The notes under the pieces: generated by a model | What the model was told of the DNA's origin: nothing | Database searches by the model: none | Seen by the model: only the letters and a program-made list of their open reading frames with translations | Shown: positions 10,139 to 19,826 of the stretch, in pieces | Numbering within the stretch: position 1 is the stretch's first letter | How the letters are laid out: the number at the start of each line of letters is the position of its first letter | Source of the DNA: an uncultured delta proteobacterium | Lineage (GTDB): Bacteria; Myxococcota; Myxococcia; Myxococcales; Myxococcaceae | Length of the DNA: 64,000 nt | Direction: 5' to 3' | NCBI GenBank assembly: GCA_963796055.1 | Contig: CAWCKH010000004.1 | Location: 3,552,001-3,616,000, forward strand | Made by a program: the position numbers and the translations under genes

Positions 10139-11595
10139 ATCCCTGGTTCCAGCTGCTCGGGCCGGCGATGGCGGTGGCGGCGCTCGGGGCGGTGGTGCTC
10201 GCCGGCGACACCCTGCTGCCCGGGCGCGGGCGGCTCTGGGGCTGGCTGGCGGTGGTGCTCCTGCTGGCGCTGCTGGTGCTGTCGCTGAGCATGAACTCGG
10301 CAGGGGTCGCGCCCCACCGGGCCTACGTCGCCGGTCCGTGGAGCCTCTTCCTCCAGCGGGTCTTCGTCTGCGCTGCGCTGCTCGCCGTGCTCGGATCGAT
10401 GGACTGGCTCGAGTCGAGCGCCGGAGGCCGTCAGGCCGAGTACCTGGCCCTGGTCCTCTTCAGCACCTCGGGGATGATGATGCTCCCCGGCGCCAGGGAC
10501 TGGGCGTTGCTGGTCGTCTCGTTCGAGCTGATGGGCATTCCGCTGTACGCGCTTTCCGCCTGGGCGAAGAACGACGGCCCCCCCGACCGCCCGCGGCTCG
10601 GGGCGGAGGCAGGTCTGAAGCTGTTCGTCACCGGGACCGCCAGCTCGGCGCTGACCTTCTTCGGGCTCGGGCTGGTGGTGGGGCTGAGCCGGACCACCCA
10701 GATCGACCTGGTGGCGGATCCAGCCCGGGCGCCGCTGGTCGCGGCGGGGATGCTCCTCATCGTCGCCGGGTTCGGCTTCAAGATCGGCGCGGTTCCGTTC
10801 CACTTCTGGATCCCGGACACCTACCAGGGCGCGCCCACTCCGTTCGTGGCGTTCCTCTCGGTGGCGCCGAAGCTGGGCGGGGTCGCCGCGCTGGCGGTCA
10901 TCCTCCTGCACGGCTGGGCGGGGCAGGCCGGGCTGTGGGGGCCGGCGGTGGTGCTGCTGTCGGCGGCGAGCATGCTGGTGGGAAACTTCTTCGCCTTGAA
11001 CCAGGGCGACGTGCGGCGGCTGCTGGGTTTCTCCGGCATCGCCCAGATGGGCTACGTGCTCATCGGGCTCGCCGCGCGAACGCGGACCGGGCTGGCCATG
11101 GCGCTGTTCTTCATGGCCACCTACGTCTTCACCAACCTCGGCGCCTTCCTGGTGCTCCACGCCGGTGCCGAGGCCTCGGGTGGGCACAGCATCCCCAAGC
11201 TGGCCGGGCTTTCCCGCCGGGCACCGGTGCTCGGGGCCGCGCTGCTGATCTTCCTGCTCTCGCTGGCCGGCATCCCCTTCGTGGCCGGGTTCTGGGCAAA
11301 GCTCTTCGTGCTGCTCGCGGGGTACCGCGCCGGCCTCGGGTGGCTGGTGGTGCTGGGCGTGGCGCTCGCGGTGCTGGGGCTCTTCTATTACCTGAGCGTG
11401 GCCCGCTCGACGTTCATGGCCGAGGGGGAGGGGAGCGCGCCGGTGGCGACCCGACTCCCGCTGCGGCTGGCGATCGGCGTGTGCCTGGTGGCGGTGGTGG
11501 GGCTCGGGCTCTGGCCACGGCCGCTGCTCGAGGCCGCCGAGGTCGCGGCGGCAGATCTCCTCGGCGAGCCGGTGGCGCTGTCGCTCCGGCGCTGA
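10135..11595 (+). CDS. nuoN: NADH-quinone oxidoreductase subunit N
   Basis: GFKIGAVPFHFWIPDTYQGAPTP, SLAGIPFVAGFWAK. Confidence 0.95.
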   Translation: MNPWFQLLGPAMAVAALGAVVLAGDTLLPGRGRLWGWLAVVLLLALLVLSLSMNSAGVAPHRAYVAGPWSLFLQRVFVCAALLAVLGSMDWLESSAGGRQAEYLALVLFSTSGMMMLPGARDWALLVVSFELMGIPLYALSAWAKNDGPPDRPRLGAEAGLKLFVTGTASSALTFFGLGLVVGLSRTTQIDLVADPARAPLVAAGMLLIVAGFGFKIGAVPFHFWIPDTYQGAPTPFVAFLSVAPKLGGVAALAVILLHGWAGQAGLWGPAVVLLSAASMLVGNFFALNQGDVRRLLGFSGIAQMGYVLIGLAARTRTGLAMALFFMATYVFTNLGAFLVLHAGAEASGGHSIPKLAGLSRRAPVLGAALLIFLLSLAGIPFVAGFWAKLFVLLAGYRAGLGWLVVLGVALAVLGLFYYLSVARSTFMAEGEGSAPVATRLPLRLAIGVCLVAVVGLGLWPRPLLEAAEVAAADLLGEPVALSLRR

Positions 11596-11615
11596 GCGCG
11601 CCTTCGGCGGACGTC

Positions 11616-12068
11616 TCAACCCATGAAGGTGTCGATGACGATGATGTCGTCGCGGAGCACTTCCTCGCTCAGGGCGTGGTGCTCCTCACCTTCCATGTCC
11701 GCGCGAAGTCTCCGGACGAACTCCTCGATGCGCCGGACCGTCCCATCCACGTCCTGGTCGAGCGCCAGGCGGCTCAGCTCGGACAGCGCCACCCGCTGCG
11801 CCTTGTGCTCCTCGTCCATCGCCTCGACCCGGGCCGGCCCCCAGGCATCGACGTCGACCAGCAGCGGACGGAGCACCGTCTCCTCGTGGACGAGATGACG
11901 GAGGAAAGCGTCCTGGAGCGTGCGGAGACTTGCCCGGAGCCGTCCGATGGCGCCCGGGACTCGCCGCGTCATCTCTCCCAGTGTCTCGTCGATCTCCTCC
12001 AGGACATCCCGGATCACGGCGTGCTCGTCGAGGATGAGGCTGCGGACCTGACTCGCGCTCAGCTCCAT
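11616..12068 (-). CDS. Hemerythrin (HHE) domain protein
   Basis: DEHAVIR, RHLVHEETVL, EEHK, MEGEE pattern; AGGAGG RBS. Confidence 0.75.
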   Translation of the reverse strand: MELSASQVRSLILDEHAVIRDVLEEIDETLGEMTRRVPGAIGRLRASLRTLQDAFLRHLVHEETVLRPLLVDVDAWGPARVEAMDEEHKAQRVALSELSRLALDQDVDGTVRRIEEFVRRLRADMEGEEHHALSEEVLRDDIIVIDTFMG

Positions 12069-12189
12069 GGGAGTCCCTCCTGGTGCGGACCCGCAATCCC
12101 TTCGGTCGCCGGGCCGCCGTTCAGCCGCAGGCGCACCGCTTGCGCGACGGAGGCGACGGTCCGAGCACTTCGCTGATCATGCCAGAAGC

Positions 12190-12360
12190 ATGCGCGCCCC
12201 GCGCCCACGCTCAAGGACTCGATGCTGAAGTTGTTCCGCCACTGCACGAGCATGATCGGGCAGGGGGCGCGCCGGACGGCATCACGCAGGACTCGCCGCA
12301 CCTCCGCCGAGCGGGACCATGAGCCCGCGGCAGCTGCGAAGGTGACTGCCGCCCCGGATC
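12190..12360 (-). pseudogene. Possible remnant of a dienelactone-hydrolase-like alpha/beta hydrolase
   Basis: AAVTFAAAAGSWSRSAEVRRVLRDAVRRAPCPIMLVQWRNNFS resembles the C-terminal half of such hydrolases; no nucleophile motif or clear start is visible. Confidence 0.3.
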
Positions 12361-12570
12361 GTCGGATCTCGCGCCGCAGCGCGAGCCACCCGGCAGGCGG
12401 CGTGTGCGTGCCCCGGTCGCGCGGTGCCGCCGCGTCGCACCACCCCCACCTGCCCCGGGGGCCATGCCGCAGTGCATGCGGCCTGGAAACCGAGACCCAC
12501 CGTCCCGCGCAGGCCTTGCGCCAACGGAGCCCTCTGGCACCGGGCATGTCCCGTGCTACCGCGGAAGGGC

Positions 12571-15500
12571 ATGAGCACGCCTCGCCTTCTCACCATCGAC
12601 GGAAACGAGGCCGTGGCCTCCGTTGCCCACCGGCTGTCCGAGACCATCGCCATCTACCCGATCACTCCGTCTTCGGCGATGGCCGAGCTGGCCGACGAGT
12701 GGTCGGCGCACGGTCAGCAGAACATCTGGGGAGTGGTCCCGCGGGTGGTGCAGCTCCAGTCCGAGGCCGGCGTGGCGGGGGCGGTCCACGGGGCGCTGCA
12801 GGCCGGCGCGCTGACCACGACCTTCACCGCCTCGCAGGGCCTGCTGCTGATGATTCCCAACCTCTACAAGATCGCCGGCGAGCTCACGGCGTTCTGCATG
12901 CACGTGGCGGCCCGGACGCTGGCCACCCACGCGCTGAGCATCTTCGGGGACCACTCGGACGTGATGGCCTGCCGGCAGATCGGGCTGGGGCTCCTGGCCT
13001 CCGGCTCGGTCCAGGAGGCGCACGACCTCGCCGCGGTGGCCCATGCGGCGACGCTCAAGGCGCGCGTCCCGTTCCTCCACTTCTTCGACGGCTTCCGCAC
13101 CTCGCACGAGGTGTCGAAGATCGCCGAGCTCTCGGACGATCAGCTCCGGGCGATGGTGGACGAGGGGGCGATCGCCGCGCATCGCGCCCGCGCGCTGGAC
13201 CCCGAGCACCCTGTGCTCCGCGGCACCGCACAGAACCCGGACGCGTTCTTCCAGGCTCGCGAGGCCTGCAACCCGTTCTACGCCGCCTGCCCCGAGATCG
13301 TGCAGGAGGAGATGGACCGGCTCGGGAAGCTCACCGGCCGGCAGTACCACCTCGTCGACTACCATGGTCACCCCGACGCCGAGCGGGTGGTGGTGGCGAT
13401 GGGCTCGGGCGCCGAGGTGACACACGAGACCGTCGACTGGTTGCTGGCGAAGGGCGAGCGGGTCGGCGTCCTGAAGGTCCGTCTCTACCGTCCGTTCCCG
13501 GCGGAGGCCTTCCTCGCCGCCCTGCCGCGGACGGTCCGTGCGATCTCCGTGCTCGATCGCACCAAGGAGCCGGGGGCCCCCGGCGAGCCGCTCTACCTCG
13601 ACGTGCTCACCACGCTCGCCGAGGCCCGCGCGGGGCGGCCGATGCCGACGGTGGTGGGTGGGAGGTACGGCCTCTCCTCGAAGGAGTTCGATCCGGGGAT
13701 GGTCCGCGCGGTCTTCGAGAACCTTGGTCGCCCCGAGCCGAAGAACCACTTCACGGTGGGCATCGTCGACGACGTCAGCCGGACCTCGCTGGAGTGGAAG
13801 CGTGATTTCGAGATCTCGGTGCCCGGCCGCACCCAGGCGGTGTTCTACGGGCTCGGCTCGGACGGGACGGTGGGGGCGAACAAGGCCTCGATCAAGATCA
13901 TCGGCGAGGAGACCGACCACGCGGCCCAGGGCTACTTCGTCTACGACTCGAAGAAGTCGGGGGCGATGACCATCAGCCACCTCCGCTTCGGGCCCGGACC
14001 CATCCGCTCGTCGTACCTGGTCAAGCAGGCCGGCTTCGTGGGCGTGCACCAGTTCCAGCTCATCGACCGGCTGGACGTGCTCGAGCTCGCGGCGCCGGGC
14101 GGGGTGGTGCTGGTCAATGCGCCGTACCCCCCGGACCAGCTCTGGGACCAGCTGCCGCGCGAGTTCCAGGAGACGGTGCTGGAGAAGAAGCTGCAGCTGC
14201 ACGTCATCGACGCGGTGAAGGTCGCGCAGACGGCAGGGATGGGCGGGCGGATCAACGCGGTGATGCAGGCTTGCTTCTTCGCCCTCTCGGGGGTGCTCGC
14301 CCGCGACGAGGCGATCGCCCAGATCAAGAAATCCATCGAGAAGACCTACAAGAAGAAGGGCGCCGAGGTGGTGCGGCGGAACCATGCCGCGGTCGATGCC
14401 TCGCTCGCCGCGCTGTTCCCGGTGAAGGTCCCCGGGAAGATGACCTCGACCCGCGGCCGACCGCCGGTCGTCGCACCGGAGGCGCCGGACTTCGTGCGCC
14501 GGGTCACCGCGGTGATGCTGGAGAACAAAGGCGACCTGCTCCCGGTCAGCGCCTTCCCGGTGGACGGAACCTGGCCCACGGCCACGGCGAGGTGGGAGAA
14601 GCGGAACCTCACCCTGGAGATCCCCGTCTGGGACGCGCCGATCTGCATCCAGTGCAACAAGTGCGCGCTGGTCTGCCCGCACGCCGCCATCCGGACCAAG
14701 GTCTACGGCGAGGGGGCGGTGGCGACCGCGCCGCAGGGCTTCAAGCACATGGCCTTCAAGGGCCAGGCCGGGAGTGCGTACACGGTCCAGGTGGCTCCGG
14801 AGGACTGCACGGGCTGTGGGCTGTGCATCGAGGTCTGCCCGGCCAAGGACAAGGCGAACCCACGCCACAAGGCGCTGGAGCTCGCGTCACAGCCGCCGCT
14901 GCGGGAGCAAGAGAAGAGGTCGTTCGACTTCTTCCTCGACCTGCCCGAGGTGGACCGGACCACGCTCCGGATGGACGTGAAGGGCTCGCAGTTCCTCCAG
15001 CCGCTGTTCGAGTTCTCCGGCGCCTGCTCCGGGTGCGGCGAGACGCCGTACATCAAGCTCGTGACCCAGCTCTTCGGCGACCGGCTGATCATCGCCAACG
15101 CCACCGGCTGCTCGTCGATCTACGGCGGGAACCTCCCGACCACGCCGTACACCGTGAACCGCGAGGGCCGCGGCCCGGCCTGGGCCAACTCGCTGTTCGA
15201 GGACAACGCCGAGTTCGGTTTCGGCATCCGGCTCGGGACCGACGCCCTCCGGCATCTCGCCGAGACCGTGCTGAAGCGCCAGGCCCCGGCCCTCGGGGAC
15301 GCGTTCGTCACCGCCCTGCTCGAGGCGGACCAGTCCACCGAGGCCGGGATCGCCGCCCAGCGGAAGCGGGTGGCGGAGCTGAAGACCCGCCTGAACCGCG
15401 AGACCCCCGACGGCCGGACCGTCCTCGCCCTCGCCGACCACCTGGTGAAGAAGAGCGTGTGGATCGTCGGTGGTGACGGCTGGGCCTACGACATCGGGTA

Positions 15501-16152
15501 CGGCGGGCTCGACCACGTGCTCTCCACGGACGTGGACGTGAACATCCTGGTGCTGGACACCGAGGTGTACTCCAACACCGGCGGCCAGCAGTCGAAGGCC
15601 ACCCCGCTGGGCGCCGCGGCCAAGTTCGCCGCGGCGGGCAAGTCGACCGGAAAGAAGGACCTCGGGCTCCTGGCGATGGGTTACCGGACCGCCTATGTGG
15701 CCCAGGTCGCCTTCGGGGCGAAGGACGCCCAGGTGGTCAAGGCGATGCTCGAGGCCGAGAGCTACCGCGGACCCTCGCTGGTCATCGCCTACAGCCACTG
15801 CATCGCCCACGGCTATGACCTGGTGCACGGGCTCGAGCAGCAGAAGCGGGCGGTGGACTCGGCCACCTGGCCGCTCTACCGCTTCGACCCACGGCGCATC
15901 GCCGCCGGGCAGCCGCCGCTGGTGCTCGACTCGGGCCCGGCGAAGATTCCGCTGCGCGACTACATGCGCGAGGAGGCCCGCTTCCGGATCACCGAGACGC
16001 TGGACCCCGAGCGGTACAAGCAGCTGCTGGCCTGGGCGCAGCAGAACGTGACCCAGCGCTACGGGGTCTACGAGCAGCTGGCCAAGATCGTCGTCCCGCA
16101 GGCCACCGCCATCCCCGATGTCCGGCCGCCGCCTGCGGCCGCGCTGGAGTGA
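12571..16152 (+). CDS. nifJ: Pyruvate:ferredoxin (flavodoxin) oxidoreductase
   Basis: IDGNEAVA, YPITPSS, QSEAG, two 4Fe-4S motifs, FSGACSGCGETPY, GGDGWAYDIG. Confidence 0.97.
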   Translation: MSTPRLLTIDGNEAVASVAHRLSETIAIYPITPSSAMAELADEWSAHGQQNIWGVVPRVVQLQSEAGVAGAVHGALQAGALTTTFTASQGLLLMIPNLYKIAGELTAFCMHVAARTLATHALSIFGDHSDVMACRQIGLGLLASGSVQEAHDLAAVAHAATLKARVPFLHFFDGFRTSHEVSKIAELSDDQLRAMVDEGAIAAHRARALDPEHPVLRGTAQNPDAFFQAREACNPFYAACPEIVQEEMDRLGKLTGRQYHLVDYHGHPDAERVVVAMGSGAEVTHETVDWLLAKGERVGVLKVRLYRPFPAEAFLAALPRTVRAISVLDRTKEPGAPGEPLYLDVLTTLAEARAGRPMPTVVGGRYGLSSKEFDPGMVRAVFENLGRPEPKNHFTVGIVDDVSRTSLEWKRDFEISVPGRTQAVFYGLGSDGTVGANKASIKIIGEETDHAAQGYFVYDSKKSGAMTISHLRFGPGPIRSSYLVKQAGFVGVHQFQLIDRLDVLELAAPGGVVLVNAPYPPDQLWDQLPREFQETVLEKKLQLHVIDAVKVAQTAGMGGRINAVMQACFFALSGVLARDEAIAQIKKSIEKTYKKKGAEVVRRNHAAVDASLAALFPVKVPGKMTSTRGRPPVVAPEAPDFVRRVTAVMLENKGDLLPVSAFPVDGTWPTATARWEKRNLTLEIPVWDAPICIQCNKCALVCPHAAIRTKVYGEGAVATAPQGFKHMAFKGQAGSAYTVQVAPEDCTGCGLCIEVCPAKDKANPRHKALELASQPPLREQEKRSFDFFLDLPEVDRTTLRMDVKGSQFLQPLFEFSGACSGCGETPYIKLVTQLFGDRLIIANATGCSSIYGGNLPTTPYTVNREGRGPAWANSLFEDNAEFGFGIRLGTDALRHLAETVLKRQAPALGDAFVTALLEADQSTEAGIAAQRKRVAELKTRLNRETPDGRTVLALADHLVKKSVWIVGGDGWAYDIGYGGLDHVLSTDVDVNILVLDTEVYSNTGGQQSKATPLGAAAKFAAAGKSTGKKDLGLLAMGYRTAYVAQVAFGAKDAQVVKAMLEAESYRGPSLVIAYSHCIAHGYDLVHGLEQQKRAVDSATWPLYRFDPRRIAAGQPPLVLDSGPAKIPLRDYMREEARFRITETLDPERYKQLLAWAQQNVTQRYGVYEQLAKIVVPQATAIPDVRPPPAAALE

Positions 16153-16160
16153 GGTCTCAC

Positions 16161-17168
16161 ATGGATTTCTCGGTCGAGTACCTGGGACTGAAGCTGGCCC
16201 ACCCGCTGTTGCCGGGGGCCTCGCCCCTGGCAGACGAGGTGGGGACGGTGCGGGCGCTGGAGGATGCCGGAGCGCCGGCCATCGTGATGCGCTCGCTGTT
16301 CGAGGAGCAGCTGACCCAGGAGCAGCTGTCCACCTTCATGGCCACCGAGCAGCACCGCGAGCTCTCGGCCGAGGCCTCGAGCGTGTTGCCGGAGCCGGCC
16401 GACTACCGCATGGGCCCGGACCGGTATCTGGAGCAGCTCCGGAAGATCCGCGCCGCGGTGAAGGTGCCGGTCATCGCCTCGCTGAACGGGACCACGCTCG
16501 GCGGGTGGATCGACTTCGCCCGCCTCATCGAGCAGGCGGGGGCCTCGGCGCTGGAGCTGAACCTGTACGCGGTCCCCACCGATCCGTCGCGCGACGCCGC
16601 GGCAGTGGAGAAGGACACCCTGGAGCTGGTCCGGACGCTGAAGGGGCGGGTGAAGATCCCGGTCGCGGTGAAGCTCTCGCCCTTCTACACCTCGGTGGCG
16701 AGCGTGGCCCGCGGGCTGGAAGAGGCGGGGGCGGATGCGCTGGTGCTCTTCAACCGCCTGTTCGAGCCGGAGATCGACGTGGAGGCGCTGGAGGTGAGGC
16801 GGGTTCTCCACCTCTCGGACAGCTCCGAGCTCCCGCTCCGGCTGCGGTGGCTGGCCATCCTCTCCGCGCAGCGGAAGATCCCCCTGGCGATCAGCGGGGG
16901 GGTGCACGAGACGGTGGACGTGGTTCGGGCGCTGATGGCGGGTGCCACGGCGGTGCAGCTGGTGTCGACCTTGCTGCGGAACGGGCCCTCGCGGCTGCTC
17001 TCGCTCCGGGCCTCGCTGGAGCGCTGGCTGGTGGAGCGCGAGTACACCTCGGTCCGCCAGCTCCGGGGGAGCATGAACCTCAAGGCCTGCCCGGACCCGT
17101 CGGCGTATGAGCGGGCAAACTACATCCATTTGCTGCACGGGTGGCGGGAGCACCCGGGCGTCGCCTGA
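16161..17168 (+). CDS. Dihydroorotate dehydrogenase-like FMN protein (PFOR-associated)
   Basis: ASPL, RSLFEEQ, PVIASLNG, VAVKLSPF, LFNR, SGGVH, YERANY; directly follows nifJ. Confidence 0.88.
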   Translation: MDFSVEYLGLKLAHPLLPGASPLADEVGTVRALEDAGAPAIVMRSLFEEQLTQEQLSTFMATEQHRELSAEASSVLPEPADYRMGPDRYLEQLRKIRAAVKVPVIASLNGTTLGGWIDFARLIEQAGASALELNLYAVPTDPSRDAAAVEKDTLELVRTLKGRVKIPVAVKLSPFYTSVASVARGLEEAGADALVLFNRLFEPEIDVEALEVRRVLHLSDSSELPLRLRWLAILSAQRKIPLAISGGVHETVDVVRALMAGATAVQLVSTLLRNGPSRLLSLRASLERWLVEREYTSVRQLRGSMNLKACPDPSAYERANYIHLLHGWREHPGVA

Positions 17169-17252
17169 AGCCGCAAGGCGCACGTTCTCCCCCCGCGGGC
17201 GTCAGCTTCGCCGATCGCGGCCGCCCCTGCAGCAGTATGGTGCCCTTCGGCG

Positions 17253-18089
17253 GTGACCCGACCCGAGTCAGAACCGACGACGCTCGACCCCTGGACCGTA
17301 GGAGCCATCGCCGTCGTCGCCTACGCCGTCAGCAACGTCGTGCACGAGGGCCTCGGCCATGGCGGGGCGTGTCTCCTCGTGGGCGGCCGTCCGGAGACCC
17401 TGAACGCCATCTTCTTCGAGTGCTCGGTGGACGGCCTCCCGGCCTCCGCCGGGCGCTGGCTCGCCGCCGGAGGCAGCCTGGCGAACCTCGTGGCCGCCGC
17501 GCTCGCCTGGGTGGCGCTGAGGTCGTTGCCCGCCGGGTGGGGCAGGGCGCGCGACTTCGCCTGGCTGATGCTGGCCATCAACCTGCTCCAGCCCTTCGGC
17601 TATCTGCTGTTCTCGGGACTCGGTGGCATCGGCGACTGGGCGGTCGTCGTCTCCGGGCTGGAGCCGGCGGTGGCCTGGCGGCTCGGGCTGACAGCGCTCG
17701 GAGCCGCGCTCTATTTCTGGTGGGCGCCCCGGGTGCTCATGCCCCCGCTGAAGCCCTTCGTGGGAGCGGTCCCCGAGGAGCGCGCACGCCGGACCCGGAC
17801 GCTCACCTTGCTCCCGTACCTGGTCGGCGGAGTGACCTTCGTCGTCGCCGGTCTGCTGAACCCGCACGGGTTCGTGCTGGTGCTGATCTCGGCGGCGGCG
17901 GCCTCGTTCGGCGGGACCTCGCTCCTCGCCTGGTACCCCGGAGTGTGGGCACGGCGTGCGCCGGCGGGTCTGGCTGGTCCTCGTCTCGGCGTGTCCCGCA
18001 GCGTGCCCTGGCTCCTGCTCGGGGCGATCGTCCTCGCCGTCTTCGTGGGCATGCTCGGCCCCGGGGTCGCGCTCGGCCCGGGCCATTGA
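17253..18089 (+). CDS. Multi-pass membrane protein with HEGLGH motif (M50-like putative Zn peptidase)
   Basis: About 7-8 hydrophobic segments; VHEGLGHG, GYLLFSG...GDW. Confidence 0.6.
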   Translation: MTRPESEPTTLDPWTVGAIAVVAYAVSNVVHEGLGHGGACLLVGGRPETLNAIFFECSVDGLPASAGRWLAAGGSLANLVAAALAWVALRSLPAGWGRARDFAWLMLAINLLQPFGYLLFSGLGGIGDWAVVVSGLEPAVAWRLGLTALGAALYFWWAPRVLMPPLKPFVGAVPEERARRTRTLTLLPYLVGGVTFVVAGLLNPHGFVLVLISAAAASFGGTSLLAWYPGVWARRAPAGLAGPRLGVSRSVPWLLLGAIVLAVFVGMLGPGVALGPGH

Positions 18090-18212
18090 CCTGGAGCGCG
18101 GGCGCCTCACGCGCCGAGCAGAGAAGCTCCAGTCATCGGGCCGAGCGGTCAGTCGAGGGGACTCTCGATGCGCGCGCGCGACACCTGGTGCGCGCGGGTA
18201 GAGCCCCTCCAC

Positions 18213-19610
18213 TCACACCGGCTGGACCGTGAGGACGTTGGTGTTGCCCGGCTCGTTCAGCGGGACGCCGGCGACGATGGCCATGCGCTGTCCCGGATCC
18301 GCGAGCCCGCGCCGACGCACCTCGGCCCGGGCCCGGGACATCACCGCGTCCGTCGAGCGCAGCCGCGGCACCCGGTGCGCCTCCATTCCCCAGGCCAGGG
18401 CGAGCTGATGCACCACCCGCTCGTTCGGGGTGAGCGCCAGGATGGGCACCGGCGGACGGAACGCTGCCACCAGGCGCGCGGTGTAGCCGCTCTCGGTGTA
18501 CGCGACGATGACCCTCGCCCCCACGCTCCGTGCCGCCTCCACCGCCGCGGCCGCGATGCCGGGCGAGACCTCCGTCCCGTCGAGGGCCGGGCGGACCCGG
18601 GCCGGCGGCGAGCGCTCGGCTTCCTCCACGATGCGGGCCATCGTCGCCACCGCGGCCACCGGGTCGTGCCCCACGGCCGTCTCCGCGGAGAGCATCACCG
18701 CATCGGCGCCGTCCAGCACCGCATTCGCCACGTCCGAGACCTCGGCACGGGTGGGGCGGGGCGACTGGATCATGCTCTCCAGCATCTCGGTGGCCACGAT
18801 GCAGGGACGGCCCAGGAGGTTGGCCTGCCGCACCAGCCGCTTCTGGATGCCCGGCACCTGCTCCAGCGGCAGCTCCACACCGAGGTCGCCGCGGGCCACC
18901 ATCACTCCGTCCGCGGTGCGGACGATCGCCTCGAGGTTCTCGATGGCCTGCGGCTTCTCCATCTTCGCGATCAGCGGCGTGCCCGGGGCGAGGTGCCGTC
19001 GGGCGCGCTCCAGGTCGCGCGCGGTCCGCACGAAGGACATCGCCACCAGGTCCACGCCCAGGGTGCGTCCCAGCGCCGCGTCGCGCCGGTCCTTGGGGGT
19101 GAAGGCGGGGATCGAGGCCGCCGCGCCGGGCAGGCTCACCCCCTTGTGGTCGGAGATGGGACCGCCGACCTCGACCTCGGCCTCGACGTCCGGGCCTCGG
19201 ACCCGGCGGACGCGCAGCCGCACCCGCCCGTCGTCCAGGAGCACGGGGTCTCCGGCGCGGCAGTCACGGGCCAGCGAGGGGAGCGGAACAGGGATGATGC
19301 GTGGGCTGCCCACCACACCGGACCGGGTCACGAGGAGCACGGTCTCGCTGGCGACGAGCTCCACCCGGCCCTCGGCGAAGACGCCCAGCCGCAGCTTGGG
19401 CCCCTGGAGATCCTGCAGGATCGCCACGTTGCGCCGGGCCCGGGCTGCCTCCCGGCGCACCGCCTCCGCACGGGTCCGGTGCTCGGCGGCGGTCCCGTGG
19501 GAGAAGTTGAGGCGGGCCACGTCCATCCCCGCAGCGATCATGCCGGCGAGCACGCGAGGAGCATCGGACGCCGGACCGAGAGTGCAGACAATCTTCGAGC
19601 GACGCGTCAC
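18213..19610 (-). CDS. pyk: Pyruvate kinase
   Basis: RSKIVCTLGPAS, ARLNFSHG, DLQGPKLR, MVARGDLGVE, GADAVMLSAETA; GTG start at 19610. Confidence 0.96.
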   Translation of the reverse strand: MTRRSKIVCTLGPASDAPRVLAGMIAAGMDVARLNFSHGTAAEHRTRAEAVRREAARARRNVAILQDLQGPKLRLGVFAEGRVELVASETVLLVTRSGVVGSPRIIPVPLPSLARDCRAGDPVLLDDGRVRLRVRRVRGPDVEAEVEVGGPISDHKGVSLPGAAASIPAFTPKDRRDAALGRTLGVDLVAMSFVRTARDLERARRHLAPGTPLIAKMEKPQAIENLEAIVRTADGVMVARGDLGVELPLEQVPGIQKRLVRQANLLGRPCIVATEMLESMIQSPRPTRAEVSDVANAVLDGADAVMLSAETAVGHDPVAAVATMARIVEEAERSPPARVRPALDGTEVSPGIAAAAVEAARSVGARVIVAYTESGYTARLVAAFRPPVPILALTPNERVVHQLALAWGMEAHRVPRLRSTDAVMSRARAEVRRRGLADPGQRMAIVAGVPLNEPGNTNVLTVQPV

Positions 19611-19640
19611 GGCACGTTTCAAGTATTGCCCGCCAGCTCC

Positions 19641-19670
19641 TTGACACTCTGTCACCGGGCGGAATACGAA
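19641..19670 (+). promoter_or_regulatory. Putative sigma70 promoter (TTGACA -35)
   Basis: Perfect TTGACA at 19641-19646 and a weak -10 (TACGAA) 18 nt downstream, divergent from pyk. Confidence 0.4.
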
Positions 19671-19810
19671 CAGGCTCCCACGTTGGAGCAGGGCCGACGC
19701 TGTTCCACCTGACTCGTCACCCCAACCAGGAAGTCCGGGGGGGCGATGCCCCATTGGAGTTTGCCTCGCGAAAGCCCGGCTTCCCTTGGGAGGGGGGGCC
19801 GGGCTTTCCG
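19671..19810 (+). ncRNA. Candidate structured small RNA
   Basis: Closing stem CAGGCTCC/GGAGTTTG; internal stems GGAGCAG/CTGTTCC and CGTCACCCC/GGGGCGATG; followed by a terminator hairpin. Confidence 0.35.
19770..19809. terminator. Probable bidirectional intrinsic terminator
   Basis: GAAAGCCCGGC...GCCGGGCTTTC 11-bp perfect stem just downstream of the 19827..20435 (-) gene. Confidence 0.7.
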
Positions 19811-19826
19811 GTCCCTGGCGTCCTCT

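Noticed and set aside
8589..12176. 1195-aa NuoM mega-fusion
   Set aside because: Readthrough product of the frameshift near 9960; nuoN lies in a different frame.
12535..12551. Sigma54 promoter upstream of nifJ (TGGCAC)
   Set aside because: The -12 position reads GT rather than GC.
19671..19765. tRNA-Sec, SRP RNA or RNase P identity for the structured RNA
   Set aside because: No T-loop GTTCGA or CCA end and no SRP CAGG...GGAAG...AGCAG core; AGGAAGTCCGG only loosely resembles RNase P and the region is far too short.
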